A stretch of DNA of 64,000 bases from a bacterium (GCA_021821305.1 JAKACP010000001.1:132934-196933); one strand, 5' to 3'; counted from the first letter of the stretch, positions 35,556-45,124 are shown. Program-made: numbers and translations. Notes: generated by a model from the letters alone, not told the origin.

Positions 35556-35584
35556 TTGACAAAATATATATATTATTGTATAAT
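35556..35584 (+). promoter_or_regulatory. consensus sigma70 promoter immediately downstream of the palindrome array
   Basis: TTGACA (35556..35561), 17-nt spacer, TATAAT (35579..35584). Followed by a ~240-nt leader before the first secreted-protein gene. Confidence 0.6.
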
Positions 35585-35830
35585 ATAATACTTGAAAGGA
35601 TCACTCGACTTTATTTCATATATATAGAGAGCCACCGAATCATCCTGACTCCGGATTTTCAAATCGGTATCCTTTCGAGAAAAGAGTGGGTGGTTTCTCG
35701 GAATTCGGCATGCGTGGTGTGCTCGAATCGGTGTCCCAGTGATTTACGCATCTTGGCATGACTTGCGTGCATGACGGCTATTGTCGTATCCCTCCAAAAG
35801 TGCTATAATGGAGTCAAACAAAATTCTCGT

Positions 35831-36838
35831 ATGGAAAAGACGGACAACCGAAACGCTCTCGCCGGGATGAGAAAGCATTTTTTCGTTTTATTCGGCCTAC
35901 TCTTCTTGAGTGGAGCCTTTTTTGTTTCCGCCGCGGAGGAAATGACCGGAAAAAATATCGTCGAAGATCCCGACCAGGACGGATTGACGACCGCAGAGGA
36001 AAAACTGTATGGAACCGATCCGATGAACCGTGATTCCGATGGTGACGGATATTCCGATGGCGTCGAAATCAAAGGCGGCTATGACCCGCTCAAGAAAGCT
36101 CCCGGAGATAAGATCATCCCGGATCAGGAAACCGATGCGGACGATGCGGGGGAATTCGGAATCGGCGGTGACAATCTCACCGAGCAGGTTTCCGAGAAGA
36201 TAGCGGCGCTCGTTCAGGAAAACAGTTCCGGTGAAGATGAGAATGCGGAAGTGTCCCTCGAGGAAATCAATCTTCTGGCTCAGAACCTGTCCGCCGGGAA
36301 CGTCGAGGAAGTGGTGCTCCCCGAAATCGATACCGATACCATCAAGGTGAAGAAGCAGTCGTACAAGAATCTTTCCGATGAAAAACGCGAGGAGCGGATC
36401 AAGGAAGATATCACCGAATATCTGACTATCATCGCCTACATCTTCGCGAACAACTCGCCGGAGCCGTTCGGGACGGATGATGAATTCAAGGACATGTCGA
36501 CGTCGCTTGTCGACAGCGCTTTGTCATCGATCTCGCTCGGCAACGTCGCCCAGCTGAACTCTCTCGCGGAAAACGGGGAGAAGGTGCTCGCGCAGATATA
36601 TGAGGTGGAGGTTCCCGAACAGATGCTCGATGTGCATGTGAAGGCGATCAAGCTCGCCAAATACGCGACCACGCTCAAGGGGGAACTCGCGGTCGACCCG
36701 GACTCCGATCCGATGAAGATGATCGCCTCGCTTTCGAAGGTGCAAGGCTTCCTGAACATCGTCGTTTCCTTCACGACGGAGATACAGTCGAAACTCTCCG
36801 AATATGGGATTTCGGAAATTCCTCTCGACATCAATTAA
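35831..36838 (+). CDS. secreted protein with thrombospondin-type-3-like Ca-binding Asp-rich repeats
   Basis: Signal peptide after MEKTDNRNALAGMRKHFFVLFGLLFLSGAFFVSA; DPDQDGLTTAEEKLYGTDPMNRDSDGDGYSDGVE repeats. Start at ATG 35831 (ORF opens at 35771). Confidence 0.6.
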   Translation: MEKTDNRNALAGMRKHFFVLFGLLFLSGAFFVSAAEEMTGKNIVEDPDQDGLTTAEEKLYGTDPMNRDSDGDGYSDGVEIKGGYDPLKKAPGDKIIPDQETDADDAGEFGIGGDNLTEQVSEKIAALVQENSSGEDENAEVSLEEINLLAQNLSAGNVEEVVLPEIDTDTIKVKKQSYKNLSDEKREERIKEDITEYLTIIAYIFANNSPEPFGTDDEFKDMSTSLVDSALSSISLGNVAQLNSLAENGEKVLAQIYEVEVPEQMLDVHVKAIKLAKYATTLKGELAVDPDSDPMKMIASLSKVQGFLNIVVSFTTEIQSKLSEYGISEIPLDIN

Positions 36839-36871
36839 CCGAGGCTCCTCGGACCGCATCACCGACTTATT

Positions 36872-37894
36872 ATGAGAATCAAGAAATCCATCGTCATCTC
36901 GATATTCACGCTGGTGTTTTTTTCTCAGGCGATCGTTTCGGCTCCCCGTGCTCAGGCCGGATACTGGGGTGAGCCTATCTTCGCCGCCTTCATAGATGAT
37001 ATGCTCGAGAAGATCATGCGACAGATCGAGGGAGCGATGCTCGCCGCGCTCAAGGCGAGTGCCGTCAACCTGATCAACAGCCAGGTGGGACAGCTCATCG
37101 GAGGTGCTTCCGCGGGGGAATCGCTTGTCATCAACGATTGGAAGGGATTCCTCTATGACGAGCCGGAACAGCGGGTACAGATAGAGATGGAAAACTTCTT
37201 CGCCTCGATGACGAGCGGCCGTTCGTCGTCCGCGAATTATGGCAGTCCCTATAGTCTGGCATCCGGAAACCCGACTCTCGGCAACTACAGCGCCCGTCTC
37301 GTCGAAGGCGCGAAGCTGAGCCTGGGGACTCCTTATCAGCCGACGGACATATTGGAGGTGTCTCCGGATCCCGAGACCGCGTTAGCGGAGGGGGACCTAC
37401 GAACGCTCAACGCGCTCTTCTCGAATCCGATGAACAATCCTTTCGGGTTCACGCTCGCCGCGCAGAGCTATGAGCGTTCCGTCCGTGAGCGCGAACAGCA
37501 GGAGCAGGTCGTGCAGTCCATCTCGCACGGATATCGGAGTAGCCCAGGCCTCCCGGGAAGCACCGTCGGTCAGTTGGTGGCGGATGCGCAGGATGTCGGA
37601 AACAAGATCATCGCGGCCGCCTCGAACCCGGGTGAACTTGCGAGTGGCATCATCACCTCGCTCGTGAACAAGACGATCACGAATATGGTACAGAAGGGAA
37701 TCGGCGATGTGCAGGCGAATATACAGCGTGAAATCGGGAACGTCGACCGGCAGATTTCGGGGCAGATCAAAACGCTCGACCAGACGCTCGGACCGGCGGC
37801 AGGATTCATCGACGAGGTGCGCCAGCAGACCAATGTCATCGTCAAGCCCGCGACGGACCCCGGCGCCGCCATACCGAAGGGGACATCGCTCTAG
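36872..37894 (+). CDS. secreted hypothetical protein
   Basis: Signal peptide MRIKKSIVISIFTLVFFSQAIVSAPRAQA; no recognised domain; probably co-transcribed with 35831..36838. Confidence 0.55.
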   Translation: MRIKKSIVISIFTLVFFSQAIVSAPRAQAGYWGEPIFAAFIDDMLEKIMRQIEGAMLAALKASAVNLINSQVGQLIGGASAGESLVINDWKGFLYDEPEQRVQIEMENFFASMTSGRSSSANYGSPYSLASGNPTLGNYSARLVEGAKLSLGTPYQPTDILEVSPDPETALAEGDLRTLNALFSNPMNNPFGFTLAAQSYERSVREREQQEQVVQSISHGYRSSPGLPGSTVGQLVADAQDVGNKIIAAASNPGELASGIITSLVNKTITNMVQKGIGDVQANIQREIGNVDRQISGQIKTLDQTLGPAAGFIDEVRQQTNVIVKPATDPGAAIPKGTSL

Positions 37895-37982
37895 GGGGCG
37901 GTGGACAGCGGCAATCGAAACGAAAACAGCACAGGCTGAGGCCTGGGCTGTTTTTCTTCTTCGGTGGGTGATACTGGATTCC

Positions 37983-38018
37983 CCGCCCGTACCGAACGGT
38001 ACGTTCGGGCGGGGAACC
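37983..38018. repeat. GC-rich palindromic repeat, direct copy flanking tRNA-Val(GAC)
   Basis: CCCCGCCCGTACCGAACGGTACGTTCGGGCGGGGAACC: outer stem CCCGCCCG/CGGGCGGG, inner perfect palindrome GTACCGAACGGTAC. Near-identical direct copy at 38145..38180. Confidence 0.6.
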
Positions 38019-38042
38019 AGTGACTTTTTCCCGTATGCTTTG

Positions 38043-38116
38043 TGGGCGACACAAGATTCGAACTTGTGACCTCCACAATGTCAATGTGGCGCTCTAACCA
38101 ACTGAGCTAGTCGCCC
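38043..38116 (-). tRNA. tRNA-Val(GAC)
   Basis: Minus strand: acceptor GGGCGAC/GTCGCCC; anticodon stem CCACA/TGTGG with loop TTGACAT; T-arm ACAAGTTCGAATCTTGT. Confidence 0.85.
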
Positions 38117-38144
38117 ACAAAGCATGGGATCAATGTTGTGAGGC

Positions 38145-38180
38145 TCCCCGCTCGTACCGAACGGTACGTTCGGGCGGGTA
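38145..38180. repeat. GC-rich palindromic repeat, second direct copy; on the minus strand it is inserted in the D-loop of a tRNA 5' fragment
   Basis: CCCCGCTCGTACCGAACGGTACGTTCGGGCGGGTAACC; two substitutions relative to 37983..38018. Confidence 0.6.
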
Positions 38181-38200
38181 ACCAGCTGAGCTAATCACCC
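38179..38200 (-). pseudogene. tRNA-Val-like 5' fragment, minus strand (GGGTGATTAGCTCAGCTGGTTA)
   Basis: Matches the first 22 nt of tRNA-Val(GAC) (GGGCGACTAGCTCAGTTGGTTA) with 3 substitutions. Followed on the minus strand by the GC palindrome, then GAGC, then ~29 nt to the intact tRNA. Same layout as 29073..29265. Confidence 0.45.
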
Positions 38201-38214
38201 GATTTCGTACCCGA

Positions 38215-39090
38215 TTATCCGATACCGGGTACTTCTTTTTGTATCACGTTTTTTTCCTTTTGGGAAGCCTCGTCCGCTGTCTCCGTCTGCGCCGGTTCTT
38301 CGGGAGTCGCGATGAATCGAAAGAACGAGAGCCAGGCGCTTTTCTGGATCACGGCCATCGCGCCCTGGAAAAGGAAGAGCACCGCTATGACGAAGAGGGC
38401 GCCGCCGTTCGAATTGGGGATCAAGGCGTCGCTTATGCCGAGCATGATACCGATAACGACGGAGAAGATGATGAGAACGAGGATCGAGAGGGCTCCGAAG
38501 ACGAGGCTCGTCGCGGCGCGCTTCACGAAAAGCGCATAGGCGAGTTCGACCGAGGATCGGAGGGTGGTTTTCGACAGGACCAGGTAAAAGAACGCGTAGA
38601 TTTCCATCAGGGCGATGACGATGGAAATCGGGAGAAAGACCGCGATACCGAGGAAGGCGAGATTGTTCCAGAGCCCGGGCGTATCCGCCGTGAGCATGGC
38701 CGGAACGAGGAGTACGACGAGCAGAAGGAAGAGCGAAAGCAGTGCACCCACTTCGAGCGCGTAGAGCTTCCAGAACGACGAAGAGATCCGTTTGGATATC
38801 TTTCCGAATGCGGGCTTCCGTTCGGCAAGAGCGAGGATGAGTCCTCCCTTGAAGAACGTCGAGAGCGCTATCGTCACGGGAAGTACGGCGAGGAGCCACG
38901 GCTGCGCCGAGAAGAGGTCGATGGCGGCATAGCGGTACCGATCGAGCGGAGCACCCTCCTCGAGAAGCGATGAGAAGTATTCCAGGCTCGAGAGCGTGAG
39001 CAGAAGTCCGAATGCCAGGGCGACGCGGTTCCTGACCACGGTCGGGATCGCGTCGCGGAAGAATCTGATGAAGAGCTTGAATTCGTTCAT
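38215..39090 (-). CDS. hypothetical polytopic membrane protein
   Basis: 291 aa, ~6-7 TM helices, no recognised motif. Overlapping + strand ORFs are antisense artefacts. Confidence 0.5.
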   Translation of the reverse strand: MNEFKLFIRFFRDAIPTVVRNRVALAFGLLLTLSSLEYFSSLLEEGAPLDRYRYAAIDLFSAQPWLLAVLPVTIALSTFFKGGLILALAERKPAFGKISKRISSSFWKLYALEVGALLSLFLLLVVLLVPAMLTADTPGLWNNLAFLGIAVFLPISIVIALMEIYAFFYLVLSKTTLRSSVELAYALFVKRAATSLVFGALSILVLIIFSVVIGIMLGISDALIPNSNGGALFVIAVLFLFQGAMAVIQKSAWLSFFRFIATPEEPAQTETADEASQKEKNVIQKEVPGIG

Positions 39091-39121
39091 AGGGGATTGG
39101 TCGTTGTTTCGCTTTGGTCCT

Positions 39122-41041
39122 TTATTCCTGAGACGCGGAAGTCGGCTGATCCGACTGATCGGAGGCGGTCGCCGACTCTTCCCGCGTTTCGGGTTCGGTC
39201 GGCTTCACTTCGATTTCCGGGAGCGTCTCTCCCCGTACCAAGGCGTCGAAGGCTTCCTTCTCGAGGGTTTCCCTGACGAGGAGCGTCTGCGCTATCCGCT
39301 CGAGCACTTCGCGTTTCTCCGTCAGTATGGCGGTCGCCTTCTTGAACGCTTCGTCGACGAAGCGGGACACTTCGGAGTCGATCATCTTGGCGGTCTCGTC
39401 GGAGTAGTCGCGTTCCTCATGGAGCTCGCGGCCGAGGAAGACGAGCTCTTCCTTGTGGCCGAAGGTGCGTGCGCCCAAGGTGCTCATCCCGTATCGCGTG
39501 ACCATGCCGCGCGCGGTGTGCGTGGCCCGTTCGAGATCGTTCGAAGGACCGGTGGTCGTATCGTCGAACACGAGTTTCTCGCTCGCGTATCCGCCGAGGA
39601 GGACGGCGAGTTCGTCTATGAAGTAGGCTCGCGAGTGGAGCGTCTTGTCTTCGGTCGGGACGGCGAGCGTGTATCCGCCGGCGTGGCCTCGGGAGATGAT
39701 CGAGACCTTCTGCACCGGATCGGCGTTCGGGAGCGATGCCGCGATGAGTGCGTGGCCGGCCTCATGATAGGCGACGATCTTCTTTTCCTTCTCGTTGATG
39801 ATGCGGCTCTTACGTTCGGGGCCGAGGATGACCTTTTCGATCGACTCCGCCAGCTCGTCCATGTGGATGAGTTTCTTTTTCCGCCTCGTCGCGAGGATAG
39901 CTCCTTCGTTGACGAGGTTGGCGAGGTCGGCTCCGGAGAATCCCGGCGTGCGCTCGGCGAGTCGGCGGACGTTCACGTCCTTCGCGAGCGGCTTGCCCTT
40001 AAGGTGTATCCCGAGGATCTGTTCGCGATCGTTGATATCGGGGAGGTCGATCGTGACGCGCCGGTCGAAGCGGCCGGGGCGCAGGAGCGCCGGGTCGAGG
40101 ACATCGGGGCGGTTGGTCGCGGCGATGACGATGACGTTCGTTTCCGTCTCGAAGCCGTCCATCTCGACCAAGATCTGGTTGAGCGTCTGTTCGCGCTCGT
40201 CGTGACCGCCGCCGAGGCCCGCGCCGCGGTGCCGGCCGACGGCATCGATCTCATCGATGAAGATGATCGCCGGGGCGTTCTTTTTGGCCTGTTTGAAGAG
40301 GTCGCGGACGCGGCTCGCGCCCACGCCGACGAACATCTCGACGAACTCGGATCCGCTGATGTTGAAGAAGGGGACGCCCGCCTCTCCGGCGACGGCCTTG
40401 GCGATGAGCGTCTTGCCCGTTCCCGGAGGGCCGAGAAGCAGCACGCCTTTGGGAATCTTGGCTCCCATGGCGAGGAATTTCTTCGGATGCTTGAGGAATT
40501 CGACGACTTCCTCCAGTTCCTCCTTGGCTTCCCGGGCGCCGGCCACATCGGAGAACGTGATGCGTTTCTTCTTGTCACGCGGGTCGACCATGCGGGCCTT
40601 GGACATACCGAAGCTCATCGCCTGGTTGTTGCCGCGCTGTGCCTGCCGCATCATGAACCAGATGAACGCGCCGATGAGGAGGAACGGTATCAGGAAGGGG
40701 AGTATCGCCGCCGCCCAGAAGGCGCCGCCGGATTCCTTCTTGATCTCCACCGATACCGCGTTCAGCTTCGCGGTGTCGACCCCGTAGTTCTTGAGCGTTT
40801 CGGTGAGCGACGCTTCCGGCTCCTTCTGCGCGACCTGCTGTTTCCCGTCGAGGAGTTCTATCGAGAGCTCGTTCGATTTCACGTCGATCTTTTTCACCTG
40901 TCCTTCGTTGATCTCTCCGACGAGCGCGGAAAGGGAGACCTCCTCCGGGCGGGTTCCGGTGTCCTGATAGAGGACGAGGATTCCCGAGACGATGAAGAAG
41001 ATGATGATGATCGTCGCGATATTCTTGAAAAATTTGTCCAT
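39122..41041 (-). CDS. ftsH: ATP-dependent zinc metalloprotease FtsH
   Basis: Walker A GPPGTGKT, second region of homology, HEAGH zinc motif; N-terminal two-TM anchor. Confidence 0.95.
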   Translation of the reverse strand: MDKFFKNIATIIIIFFIVSGILVLYQDTGTRPEEVSLSALVGEINEGQVKKIDVKSNELSIELLDGKQQVAQKEPEASLTETLKNYGVDTAKLNAVSVEIKKESGGAFWAAAILPFLIPFLLIGAFIWFMMRQAQRGNNQAMSFGMSKARMVDPRDKKKRITFSDVAGAREAKEELEEVVEFLKHPKKFLAMGAKIPKGVLLLGPPGTGKTLIAKAVAGEAGVPFFNISGSEFVEMFVGVGASRVRDLFKQAKKNAPAIIFIDEIDAVGRHRGAGLGGGHDEREQTLNQILVEMDGFETETNVIVIAATNRPDVLDPALLRPGRFDRRVTIDLPDINDREQILGIHLKGKPLAKDVNVRRLAERTPGFSGADLANLVNEGAILATRRKKKLIHMDELAESIEKVILGPERKSRIINEKEKKIVAYHEAGHALIAASLPNADPVQKVSIISRGHAGGYTLAVPTEDKTLHSRAYFIDELAVLLGGYASEKLVFDDTTTGPSNDLERATHTARGMVTRYGMSTLGARTFGHKEELVFLGRELHEERDYSDETAKMIDSEVSRFVDEAFKKATAILTEKREVLERIAQTLLVRETLEKEAFDALVRGETLPEIEVKPTEPETREESATASDQSDQPTSASQE

Positions 41042-41057
41042 AGCGATATTCGGGTAT

Positions 41058-42107
41058 TTAGAACTTTATCATGACAACTGTATCACCTTTCGCCTCCGCT
41101 TTCAACTGTCCGGTACGGATCGTCTGGATCTTGTTCTTGGTGCTTCGGAGCATCTTTTTCAGTTCCTTCACGAACGCTTCGCTCGGATTTTTTCCGGTCC
41201 CGGAGACATCGCGGAAAAGACGTCGCAGTTCGCGCGACCGGTCCCGCTCCGGGAGTGAGAGGAACCGTTTGCGTGAGAAGGAGACGCCACCCGGGATCGG
41301 CGTTGCGGGAAGCGGCGATCGGAGCGTGCCTTTCCCTTCGGATTCCTCGGCGAGAATGAGAGCGGTGCGGGCGAGGATGCCTCTCACGCCCGGCTGGTAC
41401 TTCTTTTCGAGAAGGGGGATGAGTTCGTGCCTGATCCGGTTGCGCAGGATGCCCGTGTCCCGGTTGGTCTTGTCGATACGGAAGCCGATACCTTCCTCAT
41501 GGAGGAATCGGAGGATGTCATCTTTCGAGATCCCGATGAGCGGCCGGATGATGAGACCGTTTTTCGGACGGATGGCTCCGAGACCGGTCATTCCGGATCC
41601 GCGAAGGAGCCGCATGAGTACGGTCTCGGCCTGATCGTCTTCGGTGTGGGCGGTCGCGATGAGGTCGAATCCGAGCTTTTTCCGTACGGACTCGAAGAAT
41701 CGGTACCGCATATCACGGAGCGCCTCCTCGTTCCTGCCGGCCGTGTTTTTCGGGTGGGAGACGAAGATCGGGACGTCGTGGTGTTCGCAGAGCGCACGCA
41801 CGAACGCCTCGTCCCCGTCGGAATCCTTGCCGCGAAGGCGGTAATTCATATGCGCGACAACCAGTCGGAGGCCGAGTTTCGCGCGGAGACGGACAAGGAG
41901 GTGGAGGAGTGCCGTGCTGTCGGGGCCGCCGGATATGGCGACGAGTATGGAACTGTCCTTCCCGAACAGATCGAATGCATGCGAAGTATTCCGTACGCGC
42001 TTAAGAAGACCCCTCCCGAAAGAGGTCAAGGAAAGGTTTTCAGGCAGCGTTCCGGTGCTTTTCGATGATCGCCGTGGCCGCTTCGACGGCCTGCTCGAGC
42101 TGCCCAT
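41058..42107 (-). CDS. tilS: tRNA(Ile)-lysidine synthetase
   Basis: PP-loop SGGPDS (ILVAISGGPDSTALLHLL) and TilS middle/C-terminal domains; upstream of ftsH as in many genomes. Start uncertain: the ORF opens at 42236 but overlaps gmk; Met at 42107 chosen. Confidence 0.75.
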   Translation of the reverse strand: MGSSSRPSKRPRRSSKSTGTLPENLSLTSFGRGLLKRVRNTSHAFDLFGKDSSILVAISGGPDSTALLHLLVRLRAKLGLRLVVAHMNYRLRGKDSDGDEAFVRALCEHHDVPIFVSHPKNTAGRNEEALRDMRYRFFESVRKKLGFDLIATAHTEDDQAETVLMRLLRGSGMTGLGAIRPKNGLIIRPLIGISKDDILRFLHEEGIGFRIDKTNRDTGILRNRIRHELIPLLEKKYQPGVRGILARTALILAEESEGKGTLRSPLPATPIPGGVSFSRKRFLSLPERDRSRELRRLFRDVSGTGKNPSEAFVKELKKMLRSTKNKIQTIRTGQLKAEAKGDTVVMIKF

Positions 42108-42609
42108 CGTGATTTTCGATGGTGTAGTCATAGATATCGGTATGGTCCAGCCATTCCCGGGTATAGGCCATGCGTTCGGCGAGGTAGGCCTCGCTCGGGT
42201 TGTCGCGCTTCCGTAGGCGCGCTTCGATACTCTCAAGCGGAGCGGATATGAGTATGGCGACGATTCCTGGGAAGAGCCGCTTCGCCGTCACGACGCCTTT
42301 CCACTCCATCTTCCAGACACCCACCTTCCCGCATCCCGCGACGCGTTCGAGTTCGTCTTGTGTCACGCCGTAGAGCTCGTCGTTGTATTCCTGCGCCCAC
42401 TCGATGAATCGCTCCTCGGCAATTCCGGCCTCGAAGACGGACCGGTCGAGAAAATAGTAGGGATGTCCCTCCGCCTCTCCGGGGCGCGGCTTCCGCGTGG
42501 TCGAGGTGATGACGCGCTCGAGGGGGAGGCGATCGGCGAGTTCCTCGATGATGGAGTCCTGGCCGGATCCGGACGGGCCGGAGATGATGAAGAGGTGTTT
42601 CGTGTCCAT
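42040..42609 (-). CDS. gmk: guanylate kinase
   Basis: P-loop GPSGSGQDS; TTRKPRPGEAEGHPYYF is the GMP-binding signature. Confidence 0.9.
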   Translation of the reverse strand: MDTKHLFIISGPSGSGQDSIIEELADRLPLERVITSTTRKPRPGEAEGHPYYFLDRSVFEAGIAEERFIEWAQEYNDELYGVTQDELERVAGCGKVGVWKMEWKGVVTAKRLFPGIVAILISAPLESIEARLRKRDNPSEAYLAERMAYTREWLDHTDIYDYTIENHDGQLEQAVEAATAIIEKHRNAA

Positions 42610-42653
42610 AATCCGATAGCGAAAGTCCCGCGGCGCGCGGGACTTCGGCTTTC

Positions 42654-43838
42654 TTATTTTTGTTCAGGAGTCGCTTCGGCTTCCTTGGTCTCCTTTTTCG
42701 TGCCTGCCTTTTTCTTGGCGTCGGCTTTGACCGGCAGTAAGCCCATACGGTGGGATTTCGGCTCTATGGAAAGGATTTTCCAATCGTAGGTCTCTCCGAC
42801 CTGGAAGACGTCTTCCATCTTCTTGCCGGGGTAGACGTCCTGGAATTCGCTCACGTGCGCGAGACCGTGGATGTCCTTGTCAAGATAGACGAACGCACCG
42901 AAGTGGTTGATCTTGTCGACCTTTCCGGATACGACCTGGTCGACGGAGTACCGCTCGAGCGCCGTCGTCCACGGGTCGTCGCGGAGCGCCTTCATGGAGA
43001 GCGAGATACGGGTGTCCTCGATACCGATGATCTTGGCCTTCACCTTGTCGCCCGTCTTCACGATTTCGCGAGGATTGTCGATGAGCTGCCAGGCGAGCTC
43101 GGAAATGTGGACGAGTCCCTCGAGTTTCTGGCTGGGCTTCTTGCCGTCCTTGTCCGTCGGAGCGTCGAATTTGAGGAAGGCGCCGAAATCGACGACGCCG
43201 CTGATCTCTCCCTCGACCTCATCGCCGACACGGAGACGGTTGATGAGCTCGCGGTCGCGCTCGCTCTGCGCCGCCTTCTCGCTGACGATGAGCTTCTCGT
43301 TCTCGCGGTCGGCGTCGAGGATGCGGACCTTGATGGTCTCGCCCACGATGGCGCGGAGGAGCTCGAGGATCTTGTTCTTGTCACCGTCCTCGACGCGCGG
43401 GTAGTGCTCGCTCGAGAGCTGTGAAACCGGGAGGAATCCCATGATCCCGTTGAGTTCGATCATGAGACCGCCCTTGTTCGCGTCGAGCACCTTGGTCTCC
43501 ACGACGCCTTTGTTGTCCCGCTTCTCGATCAGATCTTCCCAGGACTTGTCGTAGGATGCCTCGCGGATGGAGACTTCTATGTCGCCGTCCTCGTTCTCGA
43601 AGCTCATGAGCGTCGCGCTCACGGTGTCGCCTTCACGGAGCTTGAGACCTCCTCCGAGACCGCTCTTCATTTCCTTGCCCAAGACGACGCCGGTCCCGAG
43701 CGGTCCGAGGTCGATGATCGCGTGGTTCGAGGAAACGTGGATGACCACTCCCTCGACGACGTCGCCCACCGCCGGTATCTGGACGGTTTCTTCATTTAAA
43801 AGGCTCTGTAAAGCCGATGTAGTCTGTTCTTCGGTCAT
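42654..43838 (-). CDS. rpsA: 30S ribosomal protein S1 (four S1 domains)
   Basis: 394 aa with repeated S1-domain motifs (GDVVEGVV, GDKVKAKIIGIE, GETYDWKILSIEPKSHRMGLL). Confidence 0.9.
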   Translation of the reverse strand: MTEEQTTSALQSLLNEETVQIPAVGDVVEGVVIHVSSNHAIIDLGPLGTGVVLGKEMKSGLGGGLKLREGDTVSATLMSFENEDGDIEVSIREASYDKSWEDLIEKRDNKGVVETKVLDANKGGLMIELNGIMGFLPVSQLSSEHYPRVEDGDKNKILELLRAIVGETIKVRILDADRENEKLIVSEKAAQSERDRELINRLRVGDEVEGEISGVVDFGAFLKFDAPTDKDGKKPSQKLEGLVHISELAWQLIDNPREIVKTGDKVKAKIIGIEDTRISLSMKALRDDPWTTALERYSVDQVVSGKVDKINHFGAFVYLDKDIHGLAHVSEFQDVYPGKKMEDVFQVGETYDWKILSIEPKSHRMGLLPVKADAKKKAGTKKETKEAEATPEQK

Positions 43839-44160
43839 AATGGTGTTCGTGAAACGGTGCGCGTCCGCTTCGGGTTAGTGATTAGCGCGCCTTACTGATT
43901 AAAAAACCCCGGGCTGAACCCGAAAGTCAGAAGAAGTATAGGGCACCGAGAGCATTTTGGCAAGGGCCGGAGGCCGACGGGAAACGAGGGGGCCGAGGGC
44001 TCGTATCCGTGGCGCTTCATGGAAAATCTGAGGGCACGCGGACAGCTCTCAGGAACAGGCGCGATGGCTCTGCCGATAGGGTTGTTTCCCCTTGGCAAGG
44101 CCGTCTTCGTATGCTAGACTTTCCTTGCTCGAGGAGAGGTTTTTTTGTTTCAAACCGGTT

Positions 44161-44820
44161 ATGAACATCCAATATTACGGCGATTATTGTTTCAAGATAA
44201 CGACAAAGCCCGCGGGACGTGCCACGGACGACATCGTCATCTGGACCGACCTTCCGGAAAAGAAGACCGGCATACGTTCGCCCTTCGGTCACGCGGATAT
44301 CGCCCTTCTCTCGCATGTTTCTCCGGATGACGAGGCGCTCTCCGGGTTGAAGGATGATCCGACCATGATCTATACTCCCGGAGAATACGCGGTAAAGGGC
44401 GTAAGCGTGTTCGGTTATCCGTCATCGCGGGATGAGGAATGGGGGGCGAAGAGCGGGAAAAACACCATTTTCGTGTTCGACTCCGAGGATGTGCGCCTGG
44501 CCTACCTCGGTGCGATCGGGCATACGCTCGATGAGAAGACCGTGGAGAAGATCGGCGATGTCGATATCCTCTTCGTGCCGGTAGGCGGTGAGGACACCCT
44601 CGCTTCCAAGGAAATCGATGCGCTCATCCGCGAAATAGAGCCGAAAATGGTCATACCGATGCACTACAGCCTGCCTTCGGCGACGATTGCCACCTCCGGG
44701 ACGGAGGCCTTCTGCAAGGAAATGGGTTGTTCGCGGGATAATGAGGTTTCGAAGCTCAATTTCAAGAGAAAGGACCTCGACGGGAAGAGCATGGAGATCG
44801 TCTTCCTGGAGAAGTCCTAG
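44161..44820 (+). CDS. MBL-fold metallo-hydrolase (UPF0173-like)
   Basis: Beta-lactamase-fold His/Asp cluster (LSHVSPDD) and C-terminal His (PMHY). Start at ATG 44161 inside ORF 44092..44820. Confidence 0.7.
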   Translation: MNIQYYGDYCFKITTKPAGRATDDIVIWTDLPEKKTGIRSPFGHADIALLSHVSPDDEALSGLKDDPTMIYTPGEYAVKGVSVFGYPSSRDEEWGAKSGKNTIFVFDSEDVRLAYLGAIGHTLDEKTVEKIGDVDILFVPVGGEDTLASKEIDALIREIEPKMVIPMHYSLPSATIATSGTEAFCKEMGCSRDNEVSKLNFKRKDLDGKSMEIVFLEKS

Positions 44821-44845
44821 TCGTTTTCATAAACGTGAATCCGGT

Positions 44846-45124
44846 ATGCGAAACCGCATAGTCGAAAAGATAGAGGAAATACGGCAGAAACCCGAGCATG
44901 TCCGCATCTGGTATGCGTGGGCATCGGTGCTGGTCATCATGTTTTTCGTCATCATCATCTGGATATTCACCCTGCAGGAGAGTCTGCGGGAAAGCGCCCC
45001 TATCGAGGACGTGAGAAAGATCCAAAGCAGGCTTCCATCCGCGGATACGGGGCAGGAAAAGCAGTCCCTGGAAGAGATATTCAAGTCGCAGGGAGGAGCT
45101 TCGGGAAGCTCGGATTACCGATAG
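44846..45124 (+). CDS. small single-pass membrane protein, hypothetical
   Basis: 92 aa from internal ATG 44846: MRNRIVEKIEEIRQKPEHVRIWYAWASVLVIMFFVIIIWIF... Confidence 0.4.
   Translation: MRNRIVEKIEEIRQKPEHVRIWYAWASVLVIMFFVIIIWIFTLQESLRESAPIEDVRKIQSRLPSADTGQEKQSLEEIFKSQGGASGSSDYR

Noticed and set aside
38996-41074. 692-aa ORF on the plus strand
   Set aside because: Antisense to ftsH.
42610-42653. Terminator for rpsA in the rpsA-gmk spacer
   Set aside because: The GC hairpin AGTCCCGCGgcgCGCGGGACT has its T-tract on the plus strand only. On the minus strand, where rpsA and gmk are transcribed, it is preceded by A's and not followed by U's, so it is not an intrinsic terminator in the relevant orientation. 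It could still be an RNA-processing or stability hairpin.
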